Part shown: positions 1 through 9,172 of the stretch, one piece after another
Layout: the number at the start of each line of letters is the position of its first letter
Position numbering within the stretch: position 1 is the stretch's first letter
NCBI RefSeq assembly: GCF_900232105.1
Contig: NZ_LT934425.1
Span: 930,001 to 962,000 of the forward strand
Source: Candidatus Kuenenia stuttgartensis
GTDB lineage: Bacteria; Planctomycetota; Brocadiia; Brocadiales; Brocadiaceae
DNA length: 32,000 nucleotides
Reading direction: 5' to 3'
Notes under the pieces: model-generated
The model's input: only the letters and a program-made list of their open reading frames with translations
Database searches by the model: none
Told to the model about the DNA's origin: nothing
Translations under genes and position numbers: made by a program

Positions 1-502
1 TAGCTCACAAAAAAGCTGTTTATTAAACTCCATGCGCTTGGCAAGGGTCTGCACGTTGTTGAAATAATCAATTGATATGCCAATATGATCTAATAATTTC
101 AGATTTATTGTAATTAATTGCCTAACAATACTTTAGGAATAATATTTTTTTCAGATTATGGTAAACCTGTCAAACAACGAAAGGATAAACCATTGTATAT
201 TTGTTTTTTTTGCAAAATTTGCAGAAAATCAAACACAGCTCGAAAGCATTGTGATTTGAGGGATTATACAGGCAAAGAGAAAATGTGAAAAATGAAGTCA
301 CCTTTTTCATTGTATTGGGACGCAATATTTGCGTATAAATAGGGGGATTATTGGTGGAAAGGGCTTGGGTGGCGGAGGTGGTTGTTTTCTGTGACCGTTA
401 CTTTTGTGGCATTGATAAAAGGTATGTATTTTAGATGTCTCAATTAAGCATCGGAGATGATACTGTTGGTTGTATTTTTACAAAAATCTCACTTCATAAA
501 AA

Positions 503-1834
503 CTAAAAGGTCAATCCCAGGCCAAGAGATACCGCATTTTTCAATAAATCGCCGGAATCAAAAGTATTATCTCTGTTCGCATATGAATAATCAAACTCTG
601 CAAACCACCATTTTTGAGGGCGATATTTAACATTTAAATGCACATGAAAACTGTCAACATCTTCAACCACACCCGACGTACCAGTCGATTCTGCAAATCT
701 CATGTTCCAATAATACACATCAAGGTATCCATCAATACGGTCATGTTGGTTAATATATTTTATACCGACTTTTGTGTAAAAATAAGAATTATTATTTGCC
801 TGCCGTTGTTCTTTCAGACTCCTCTCACCATAAATTTCAACCGATGAAACGGGATTAATGAGATAGCGATCTCCCAGCACAACATTCCATCCCTCAAAAT
901 TTTCTATGTTACTATGCTTTTTATATTTTGAAGTTCTGTAGTTCGTATTTAAATATATTTCATTTTTCTGATTAATAGTCCAGGAAATGTTTAACGGTAT
1001 GTCGTTTTTATAATTATCTCTATTCTTAGAGGTCTCAGCATCATATCGTTGAATGGAGTAAACGAACCCCGAAGACACCTTAACAGGCAGTAAAGGATAA
1101 TTATATTCTATGATTGCGCCCAGAGTATCAAGATTATAGTCGTCACTCTTAAATTCGTCTTTTTGATAACTCACATCCTGGTTATTATAACGTATCAGAA
1201 AATCAACGTTAGGAAAGAAATCAGGAAAATCCATTTCAAAGGAAGCAATATTTGTGGTAAGGTCTCTTTTCCCAACGAAAACATTCGGCCCCTGATCTTC
1301 AAAAGGGATGTCCAGGTCATCAATATCGCCGAAGGACCTTCTTTGAAAACCAGGAGGAATCACATGTTTTCTAAACCGGTCACTGAAAACAAACGAAAAA
1401 TCATTTGCGAAATAAAATCCAAGCGAGCCTTCCCACGATTGATTCACGCGATCCCTTTCCTGTTCATGCTCGTAATCATAAATCTCTACATCATATTTGA
1501 AATGTGAAAGCAAGTAATCTGAAAAAGGTGCTGCAATCAATAATGATGGCCGATGCAAGGTATAAAGATCAGAAACCTCTTCCTCTGCCGCATCATATAC
1601 ATTGTCATCATATATTTCATTTACCTGATATGAGGGCTTTATACCGACAGGCCCAATATGAATATCGTTATATAACAACGAAAGCTCATCCATAATATTA
1701 AATTCTGATGCGGCAGAAAGCCCCTTCATTTCATAATTATCAACATCTATTTCCTCAGACATTCCACAAGGATATCGATATGCCGCAGAAAAAAAGACCA
1801 ATAATAGTATAAACCTAAAATATTTTACGCCCAA
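503..1834 (-). CDS. outer-membrane beta-barrel protein associated with exopolysaccharide export (hypothetical)
   Basis: 443-aa ORF, N-terminal signal-like segment, C-terminal alternating beta-strand pattern ending GLGLTF with terminal Phe, many Tyr/Asp turn motifs. Confidence 0.7.
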   Translation of the reverse strand: MGVKYFRFILLLVFFSAAYRYPCGMSEEIDVDNYEMKGLSAASEFNIMDELSLLYNDIHIGPVGIKPSYQVNEIYDDNVYDAAEEEVSDLYTLHRPSLLIAAPFSDYLLSHFKYDVEIYDYEHEQERDRVNQSWEGSLGFYFANDFSFVFSDRFRKHVIPPGFQRRSFGDIDDLDIPFEDQGPNVFVGKRDLTTNIASFEMDFPDFFPNVDFLIRYNNQDVSYQKDEFKSDDYNLDTLGAIIEYNYPLLPVKVSSGFVYSIQRYDAETSKNRDNYKNDIPLNISWTINQKNEIYLNTNYRTSKYKKHSNIENFEGWNVVLGDRYLINPVSSVEIYGERSLKEQRQANNNSYFYTKVGIKYINQHDRIDGYLDVYYWNMRFAESTGTSGVVEDVDSFHVHLNVKYRPQKWWFAEFDYSYANRDNTFDSGDLLKNAVSLGLGLTF

Positions 1835-1897
1835 AATATCTCCTTAGAGTATTACCTTGTAAAAACTTCTTTTTTTGTAAGTTTTTCTTCGTGCCGC

Positions 1898-2055
1898 ACT
1901 AGTACATCGTTTCGTTAAAATGTGTACGTAAAAAAATATCATTGCGAGGAGTGGAGCGACGAAGCAATCTCTTGTTCCCAAAAGACTTAAGATTGTTTCG
2001 CTGTAGCTCGCAATGACGGTATCAATGTACACATTTTAACGAAACGATGTACTAG
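1898..2055. mobile_element. MITE-like element, perfect 29-bp terminal inverted repeats
   Basis: CTAGTACATCGTTTCGTTAAAATGTGTAC at 1898-1926 and its exact reverse complement at 2027-2055; possible TA target duplication inside CTAG; inner nested TCATTGCGAG...CTCGCAATGA repeat. Confidence 0.85.
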
Positions 2056-2152
2056 GTTCTTCGTGGTTAAATCCTCTACATTTTGGTCACAGCTTTGCTG
2101 CGCTATGTACAAGTATAGGAATTTCAATATTTTTAGTTAACCAACAAACAAA

Positions 2153-2214
2153 CCCCTTAATCCCCTCCCAAGAGGGGAATTAGGCAAGTCCCCTCTTGGG
2201 AGGGGATTAAGGGG
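2153..2214. repeat. perfect 26-bp inverted repeat with 10-nt loop
   Basis: CCCCTTAATCCCCTCCCAAGAGGGGA / attaggcaag / TCCCCTCTTGGGAGGGGATTAAGGGG. Confidence 0.9.
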
Positions 2215-2395
2215 TGGGTAAGAATAAATGTCGTTGGATTTTTATATCTTTTAAAACCAAACCTAATTTATAGCTGATTTAACGAAACAGGCCTTTTAAG
2301 GGAATGCCAAATAACACGGATAATAATTAAGTCGGAAAATATTTGCAAGTATTAAATATGGGGCGGATTCTACACTCCCAAATTCGGCTTATCAA

Positions 2396-2426
2396 CGAAA
2401 ACATGGGGGCTGTCCCCATGTTTTCG
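2396..2426. repeat. perfect 13-bp inverted repeat with 5-nt loop
   Basis: CGAAAACATGGGG gctgt CCCCATGTTTTCG. Confidence 0.85.
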
Positions 2427-2460
2427 AAAAATTCAGTCGTTATTTTATCTGCGCTTATCT

Positions 2461-4164
2461 GTACTACTATCCATCAATTTCTTGTTTTTTATGCGTGTTT
2501 TTCATGCCGCCATTTCCGTAAGTGCTTTAATATCAAGGGCTGAAGCGGTCATCAGTGAACAAGAGAACTTCTGGCCTTTCTCCGTCAAAACATAGCGGTT
2601 GGCCCTCGGAACTTTGCGGATTAGACCGTGTGCCCGCAGCATCTTTATCCGTCGGGTCGTTCGTCCGGAATATTTCTTTTGCTGATCCTTGCCGGATTGT
2701 TCGGATTCCCGGTAAAGCCACTTACGCAAATCATGGTTGCGGAATCCATTTATCGCGTTTTCGCCTTTGGACAGGAACATCAGCATCTGGTAATCATCCT
2801 GCTGCCAGGGATTCAAACCTCGATACCTCTTGCCCTCTTTGACAACCTTGTTACAAGCGCTGCTCACCACTTCTTTCAGTTTCTCCTCTACCTGAGCCGC
2901 CGCCAAAGCATCCCCATAACGATCATTGCATTGTTGGCTCACCTCACACCGTCGATGAAGATCGCTTACGCCCTTACGCATCTTCTGCCATGACGCCGGT
3001 TTGCCTTCATCATCATTGGGACTCCGAAAGACCTTAAAGTCCCGCGTATTATTGATCGTTGTCTCAATACGCAAGAGACTACCGCTCTTGTTATACATCT
3101 TCACTGAATTATAATTCACACTGTGCTTGACCCGTATACCTTCATAGCGTCTTCGATAGTCGCTGATAACCTCATCAGGGGCAGCGCCTGCAAGGTTACG
3201 CCTACCCAAATACTTCATCACCGAAGAACTGTCGCAAACCCGCATCGCATGATGAACAAACGATGGAAACAACTCCTCCAATGCCTCAACCGATTTAAAC
3301 ATGATGTCCGTCGCCCACTCCGTCTCATCCGCAGACCAGTAATACTCCGGTTCCAACGGACGAAGAATCTGCGACAATGCCGGGCAACTGCCCAACGCAA
3401 GCCCGTTCAGCAGCTTCGCCCAGTCAGTCTTAAGCTGCTCATGGAGCAGAACCTGCGCAGCCGCAATATCCTCTATACGCACAAAACAGTTGCCGTCCTT
3501 AACATAATCAATACCTTGCTTCTGAAGTTGCCGCTCCAGCCAATGACGACCATTGAGACAAATGAAAATATTAAACGGCGCCCAACTCTGGATACGAACA
3601 TGACCAAAACCAAACACTGGATCGTTAAAATAATGATACACAAAGACACACTTGCGGGGCGCCATTACCAACTCGAGCTTCTTGCTGGCCTTGTTGCCCT
3701 TGACCATCGGCGCAATACAAGGCTCTACCACACTCAACAGGCAGATGGAACCTTCCGTAATCCTCTTATCCGCCGCGATCTGGCGAGCCAACTTCTCCTT
3801 ATCAACACCGCTGCTCATCAAATACCGCACCTCGATACCCAAATCTTTCGCCCGCGATTCACAACTGTCTCGCACCTGTGCCGTAAGCCCATTGACCCAA
3901 CCGGAAAAATCCTTAAGCAGAATTCTCGCTTGGTTCATGAATGTTCCCATCCCACGCTCACTGGCCAACCACCGCAATGTCCCGCGAAAACGAATCCTGT
4001 CCAGACCGCTTATTGCACCCACGATCCTGTCTCGATATAATTCCATCAACTTATTCATAAGTAGTGTCCTCCAAATTGTCTGATTACTATTTACGAGGAT
4101 ACTACTATACTTTATAATAAACTAAAAATCACCTTTTTGGTTGCGGCCAAAGGCCGCGCTAGGT
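2461..4164 (-). mobile_element. unclassified insertion element, copy 1
   Basis: same sequence as 24949-26652 (offset 22488); similarity stops abruptly at GTACTACTATCC... and ...GCGCTAGGT; no obvious TIR; 6-bp TTATCT on both sides. Confidence 0.8.
2502..4058 (-). CDS. 518-aa protein of unclassified mobile element, C-terminal winged-helix-like segment
   Basis: ORF identical to 24990-26546; upstream GGAGGA Shine-Dalgarno; C-term 'TTRRIKMLRAHGLIRKVPRANRYVLTEKG' resembles a winged HTH. Confidence 0.8.
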   Translation of the reverse strand: MNKLMELYRDRIVGAISGLDRIRFRGTLRWLASERGMGTFMNQARILLKDFSGWVNGLTAQVRDSCESRAKDLGIEVRYLMSSGVDKEKLARQIAADKRITEGSICLLSVVEPCIAPMVKGNKASKKLELVMAPRKCVFVYHYFNDPVFGFGHVRIQSWAPFNIFICLNGRHWLERQLQKQGIDYVKDGNCFVRIEDIAAAQVLLHEQLKTDWAKLLNGLALGSCPALSQILRPLEPEYYWSADETEWATDIMFKSVEALEELFPSFVHHAMRVCDSSSVMKYLGRRNLAGAAPDEVISDYRRRYEGIRVKHSVNYNSVKMYNKSGSLLRIETTINNTRDFKVFRSPNDDEGKPASWQKMRKGVSDLHRRCEVSQQCNDRYGDALAAAQVEEKLKEVVSSACNKVVKEGKRYRGLNPWQQDDYQMLMFLSKGENAINGFRNHDLRKWLYRESEQSGKDQQKKYSGRTTRRIKMLRAHGLIRKVPRANRYVLTEKGQKFSCSLMTASALDIKALTEMAA

Positions 4165-4306
4165 TTATCTGCGTCCTATTTCATAATTTAAATCATAAAT
4201 AATTAGCCAGAAATCGCTATCTATTGCCACAACGATAAGATGCAACCTCTTGTTATACATGCATCAGGTATATTCTATATTCAAGGTCTGGCCACAAGTT
4301 CCTTAA

Positions 4307-4523
4307 TCAGGCATTATCCCATTCATAGTTACGAATGCCAGCCTGTCTCAGTATTTCTTTCACTAAACCTATATGTATATCTCCACTACCATGAGGATTG
4401 GGGATACGGATTTTTTTCTGACCTTTTTTCATGAATTGATGCTTGCCTCCTGAAAAAAGGTCCCGAATATCCAAGTGCCCTAAATTTCCTAATTAACTCT
4501 TTCCTTGAAACGCCAGATAGCAT
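4307..4523 (-). pseudogene. hicA: HicA-family mRNA interferase toxin, frameshifted
   Basis: MLSGVSRKELIRKFRALGYSGPF / SGGKHQFMKKGQKKIRIPNPHGSGDIHIGLVKEILRQAGIRNYEWDNA; one extra T in a T6 run (+ strand tgAAAAAAgg, about 4452-4457) breaks the frame; starts 2 nt after hicB stop. Confidence 0.75.
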
Positions 4524-4525
4524 AC

Positions 4526-4771
4526 TTACGTGGTTACTATTTCCTTTATATTTATATCAATATTATTGACCACTGGAACAGCATCTCCGTCTTTTAATTT
4601 GAGAATGAGCCACTCTTCTAAAACTTCTATAAGCTCCTTCCTACACTCTTCAACTGATGTACTATTAGCCCAAACTCCTTCAAATCCTGGAATTTCAGCA
4701 TACCAACTATCATCGTCTAACCTTTTATATTCAGCTTTTTCTAATGCCACTTGAATATATTTAAATAACAT
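4526..4771 (-). CDS. hicB: HicB-family antitoxin
   Basis: 81 aa, 'DDDSWYAEIPGFEGVWANSTSVEECRKELIEVLEEWLILKLKDG' is a typical HicB pattern; adjacent to hicA remnant. Confidence 0.85.
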   Translation of the reverse strand: MLFKYIQVALEKAEYKRLDDDSWYAEIPGFEGVWANSTSVEECRKELIEVLEEWLILKLKDGDAVPVVNNIDINIKEIVTT

Positions 4772-4935
4772 TATTTTAACTCCTCACCATGATGCCGAAA
4801 TATTTGTTGAATTCAAAACCTTTCACATTTTATTAAATAACAACTGATTCTTAACAAAATCAACTGACAAAACCAATTCAACCAATTAAAACAGTTTCAC
4901 GGCCTACGACCTACGACATACGACTTACTATATAA

Positions 4936-6480
4936 GGGTGTACTTTCAATTTTACGTAAAATTTAATAGAAAGACGTGTTCAATTGCTTATACTGTAAGT
5001 AAGTGTAAAAAGACCGGTTAGGTAAATTGAAAGGAGTCAGAAAGTGATTATACAGAAATCTATTAAACTTGCAATGGAAGTATTTGAACAAAAAATGGAA
5101 GATTTTGCTGATAAAGTAAATGTGAAGGAACTTACCGCTGATTTTGCTATGGACTTTTCTGCAGCCCTGAAAGATGCTTTTTCTGAGGCAGGCAGAAAAG
5201 CCTATCAGAGATTTATCGAATTCCATGATATTAATGAAACGACACTGGAGATCAACGGCGAGATACTCCGCCAGAAGATGGTCAGTCCCAAGATCTTTCT
5301 GACACCCTTTGGCTTGATACAAATAGCTCGCTCTCTGTATCAAGCTGATGCCGGAGGAAAGTCTTATTGTCCTCTGGATAATTTTTGGGGCATGAAGGAT
5401 GAATTTGCCACCGAAGAGGTACGTCAGGCCGTTGCATTTTCCATGGCTCATCTGACCGCAGATGAGACACAGCAACTGTTTGAAAAATGCGCATGGTTTC
5501 ACCCATCGGCGACGGCAATCAAGAATATTACCGACAACATCGGTGACATTGTGGAAACACATGCTGATACAATTATGCAGGCCGTTCTGGACGTTCAGCA
5601 GATTCCACAAAAGACGGATGTTTTTGTTGTTAGCATGGATGGTGTTAATGTTCTTTTGCGGGAACAAGGCATCCAGCAAGGCCGCCCGGCACAACGTCCC
5701 AGCCTTAAAGCATCTTCGAGTGAAAATACCGCATATAAAAACGCCATGGTAGGGGCGATACCTGTTATGCATTGCCCTCCGGAGAAGAAGAAAGGCCTCA
5801 AAGACTGCAATCGTGTTATATTGCACGAATGCCCCAGGATGGAGCGACAGCCTTTAAACAGCAGCTTGAACAAGAAGTACTTGCAGCCCAGAAAAAACTT
5901 CCAGATAACACAACGAAGATCTTTTTGTGCGACGGCCAACGTTCGCTCTGGTCGTATGCAGAAAAGACTTCGATATACGATGACTACGAAAAACTGATAG
6001 ATTTTTATCATACAACCGAACATCTCTCGAAAGCCGGCGAAGCGTTGTTTGGCAAAAGTAACGATTCGAGCAACGTCTGGTACAATAAATATCGCAAGAA
6101 GCTTCTTGAGGACAGCGACGGAGCAGAATCTGTTCTGCGTTCGATGGCCTATTATTCTAGAAATCTGCCGAAAAGTCGTCAGGAAAAATTGGCGGTAGAG
6201 ATAACTTATTTTATGCGTAATCAGGATAAAATGCACTACGCTGATTTCCTTGCCCGCGACCTGCCTATTGGTAGCGGCCCCGTTGAAGCAGCTTGCAAAA
6301 GTATTGTAAAAACACGTTTGGGTCGTAGCGGTATGCGGTGGAATCGAAATGGCGGGCAACGTATTCTGCATTTGCGCTGCTTTGTTAAATCGAACAGATG
6401 GGATGCATTCTGGAAGCAATATATTCAACTCAAGCGTTCCGCATAAACTCATTATCTTACGTAAAATGAAAACTACACCC
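4936..6480 (+). mobile_element. ISKra4-family insertion sequence with 8-bp target duplication
   Basis: termini GGGTGTACTTTCAATTTTACGTAA / TTACGTAAAATGAAAACTACACCC (imperfect TIR), direct repeat CTATATAA at 4928-4935 and 6481-6488. Confidence 0.85.
5044..6446 (+). pseudogene. ISKra4-type transposase, split in two frames (5044-5997 and 5772-6446)
   Basis: ORF 1 gives DVFVVSMDGVNVLLREQG...AYKNAMVGAI; ORF 2 continues the protein with ATAFKQQLEQEVLAAQ...LPIGSGPVEAACKSIVKTRLGRSGMRWNRNGGQ; frameshift near 5755-5770. Confidence 0.8.
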
Positions 6481-6670
6481 CTATATAATGTGATAAACTG
6501 CATTATATTGGATTTTCCAGGGTCGTGCCATAGTAATGGACTAAAATAACGTATTTTTACAATCTCGCTAAACATATTCTATAATCAAGATTTAACCTCA
6601 ATACCCTTCAAATATTGTTATACACGTGTCAGGCATATTCCATAATCAAGGTCTGACCACACACTTTTAT

Positions 6671-6916
6671 TTATGCAGTTGTACTTTCTTCAAACGCTAA
6701 AATATCAACTGTCATCTTTCCCCTCAAGTGGCTTTTGCTCTGTGCCAAACATTCAAGGTCCTTATAAACACCACTTGTCAGGTATTTTTCCCCACACTGC
6801 TGGCAGACACCTGCCTGAACGTCTTTAATAACTACCAGATCATCACCCCAGCGATAGTCAATTGTGACCTGCTGCTGAATTACCTTCCCTTTACAAAAAT
6901 AACAGGTATCAAGCAT
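6671..6916 (-). CDS. YgiT-type zinc finger protein (MqsA N-terminal-like)
   Basis: 81 aa with CYFCKG...GVCQQCGEKY two CxxC motifs. Confidence 0.85.
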   Translation of the reverse strand: MLDTCYFCKGKVIQQQVTIDYRWGDDLVVIKDVQAGVCQQCGEKYLTSGVYKDLECLAQSKSHLRGKMTVDILAFEESTTA

Positions 6917-7241
6917 TTTTAAACCTCCTTCCTTCGTGTTTATGATGCGGATGTGTGGATAGGTTTAATTTTTTGTGGTGACCAGTGTTGTCATAACGAA
7001 AGACAATCCTATCGGAGGAATCCATGTATTGATAAACATACATTAAACGATCTGCTGTTATCTCTACATCAACAAATTCACGCCAATGTAAAATAGAACT
7101 ATCCATAAATTGAAGCTTACCTTGAATAAAACCTTCATGTGTCCCGCGTTTATCATACGTAACATTTGATAATTGGATAACAGAACATGATTCAACAACT
7201 TTTTGTATCTGAATAAAATAGCCTTCAATTCGTAAATTGGA
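6909..7241 (-). CDS. DUF6516 / TumE-like putative toxin; start codon not obvious
   Basis: ORF 6909-7106 plus open frame upstream (LRIEGYFIQIQKVVESCSVIQLSNVTYDKRGTHEGFIQGKLQFMDSSILHWREFVDVE...IVFRYDNTGHHKKLNLSTHPHHKHEG); no ATG before the in-frame stop. Confidence 0.6.
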   Translation of the reverse strand, partial: SNLRIEGYFIQIQKVVESCSVIQLSNVTYDKRGTHEGFIQGKLQFMDSSILHWREFVDVEITADRLMYVYQYMDSSDRIVFRYDNTGHHKKLNLSTHPHHKHEGRRFKNA

Positions 7242-7521
7242 TATCCCTTATTGCTCCTGCCTTCTCCCTTAAACATTTTAATAATCTCGACTCACCAATC
7301 CATTCCACAAAATCCATAGTCATAGTCTCTTCAAATTCATCATTTTCGTAGCGAGAGATAAAATCTTGCGTTAGCATCTGATATTTTTTCTCAAATTCCT
7401 GTAGCCTTTCTTCCGTTTGCCTTATCCCTGTTTCCAGTAGGCGCAACTCATTTGCCAACGCTGCTTCCACTAATGGTTTTATTTGACGATTCCGTTTGGA
7501 AATCAATCTAATGTCAGTCAT
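7225..7521 (-). CDS. small helical/coiled-coil protein, partner of DUF6516 gene
   Basis: 98 aa, similar layout and sequence to 15618-15914, which also precedes a DUF6516 gene. Confidence 0.65.
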   Translation of the reverse strand: MTDIRLISKRNRQIKPLVEAALANELRLLETGIRQTEERLQEFEKKYQMLTQDFISRYENDEFEETMTMDFVEWIGESRLLKCLREKAGAIRDIQFTN

Positions 7522-7748
7522 TCTAAAACTCCTTTAAGCATTGTGCGATAAATTTAATGTATATTCTTTTCTTCACTTTCGTGCTTTAATTACTTGATAA
7601 TTATACCAAATTTTATGTTATTTCAATATTTCATCCTTTTTAAACCTTTTACGAACTACGAAGAGGGGCACAATGTTTTGAATATCTCTCACTAAATTGA
7701 ACAATTAAGTTCTATTCCCTATATTTCATTATAATTCATAAATTTTTC

Positions 7749-8545
7749 AGCCGCCGAGTAGGCAAGGAGGAGTTTCACCTCCAAGCCTCTCACAGAACCG
7801 TACGTGACAGTCTCCTGTCATACGGCTCGTGTTATTCTTGATATGCTTCAACAGTATCCCATTTTCCAGTGATAAAACAACGCTGGGTTAGCTTGTCTTA
7901 TCGAATTGAGCTTTGCCACTGATTTCTTGCGGTATGCGTTTACCACCTGGCTGTACTCAATCGGCACTGTTTTGCATACGTGTGTATTCATTTGTTAATC
8001 TTCCCCAAGAGGGTCTTCTCCCCCATCATAAGGTTGTTGTAGTGAATACTGCACTGAATAAACTAAGCCCTTCGCTCCTTTCCACTTTCGCGGAATATCT
8101 TCACTCGTATGGCTTAGTCCGACTTCCGTTTCACGTCTTTTCCAGACGTTACCCCGAAACGGATATCCCGTGTTCCATAATAAAGCCCAACTTTAAGTCA
8201 TGTCGCCTGTATAACGGTGGGCACATAGCCAGTAAACAGGTCTCCGCTATGCTTGTTTCTGCATCCTTAGCACAATGCGATTTTGCCCGACAACTTATGC
8301 GATTTCGTTACTTCTTCAGCGATTCATTTGCATTCATCTCTTAAAGTCACACCTGATGGATTTTCTTCCACCTTTTCTCTATCCGTTCACTACAGCAGCT
8401 TTGCAGCTTTTGCAGCGTAGAGCGGTTTGGCAACCCCACCTGTATGGCGTTGCCGATACTTCGCAATGGGTAGCACTTCCATTGTTGTATCATCTTTATT
8501 ACAGCATGTTAAAGAACTTCGTTATTCCTTAACTTCACGGCACAA
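7749..8545 (-). mobile_element. ORF-less group II intron (uninterrupted copy A)
   Basis: homologous to 24718-27214 minus the inserted element; carries a canonical 34-nt domain V near its 3' end; 5' end on minus strand reads GTGCCGTGAAG (consensus GUGYG-like). Confidence 0.75.
7795..7828 (-). ncRNA. group II intron domain V
   Basis: GAGCCGTATGACAGGAGACTGTCACGTACGGTTC, 34-nt hairpin followed by domain-VI-like hairpin GGAGG-TGAAA-CTCC. Confidence 0.85.
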
Positions 8546-8809
8546 ACTAAGACACCAAGGCAAAAAGGTTTTCAAAAACTTATTATTACAACTATTTTGT
8601 GTTTCTCTTCGTGGCTTTGTGGCTTCGTGGCAATAAGGTACAAAGTATCTTAAATCTTAAATAATTGATCAGAAATCGCTATATTAACGCAAGAGAAAAT
8701 ATCACTATTCATTATTTAAGAAACGTATTTCTACAATCTCGCCGAGCATATTCTATAATCAAGGTCTGACCCCACCCCCCCCTTGGGTATTGCCCACCTT
8801 TTTCACTGT

Positions 8810-9172
8810 TTACCTGAACCCCGATTTTCGCAAAAACCGCCTTTCGGGATCCATCTCATACCCCGCTGGCGGTTCTTTTTCTTTCTCCCTGTCCCAGAAG
8901 CCTGACACTATGGTTCCATCTTCGGTCATTGGGGTATGGGTTTGCCACTCATAGGCTTCCACAGCATGATTCAGGTTTGTGCCAATAATCTCAGGTAGTA
9001 CATAATCTGCAATCGGCTTTAACCGCTCCCCTGTATCTGCTTTCTTATATGCATGAAATCCCAGTAAATCCGACACAGCCACAAAATCCTCGGTCCGAAA
9101 TTCGTTCAGCTTAACCCGAAACAACTCCTTGATCTTGTGAGCCAATTCAGCCCATATTTCTTTATTTGTCAT
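8810..9172 (-). CDS. hypothetical protein (true start probably MTNKEIW)
   Basis: 120-aa ORF; longer ORF to 9259 would translate an intergenic repeat motif. Confidence 0.55.
   Translation of the reverse strand: MTNKEIWAELAHKIKELFRVKLNEFRTEDFVAVSDLLGFHAYKKADTGERLKPIADYVLPEIIGTNLNHAVEAYEWQTHTPMTEDGTIVSGFWDREKEKEPPAGYEMDPERRFLRKSGFR

Noticed and set aside
1-142. Open minus-strand frame (…LLDHIGISIDYFNNVQTLAKRMEFNKQLFCEL) running off the left edge
   Set aside because: Could be the start or an internal part of a gene but too short and without family signature to call.
3123-4040. 305-aa ORF on + strand (and its copy at 25611-26528)
   Set aside because: Fully antisense to the 518-aa gene; low-complexity composition typical of a shadow ORF.
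4963-6575. Long minus-strand ORFs 4963-5826 and 5595-6575
   Set aside because: Antisense to the ISKra4 transposase frames; no recognisable domain.
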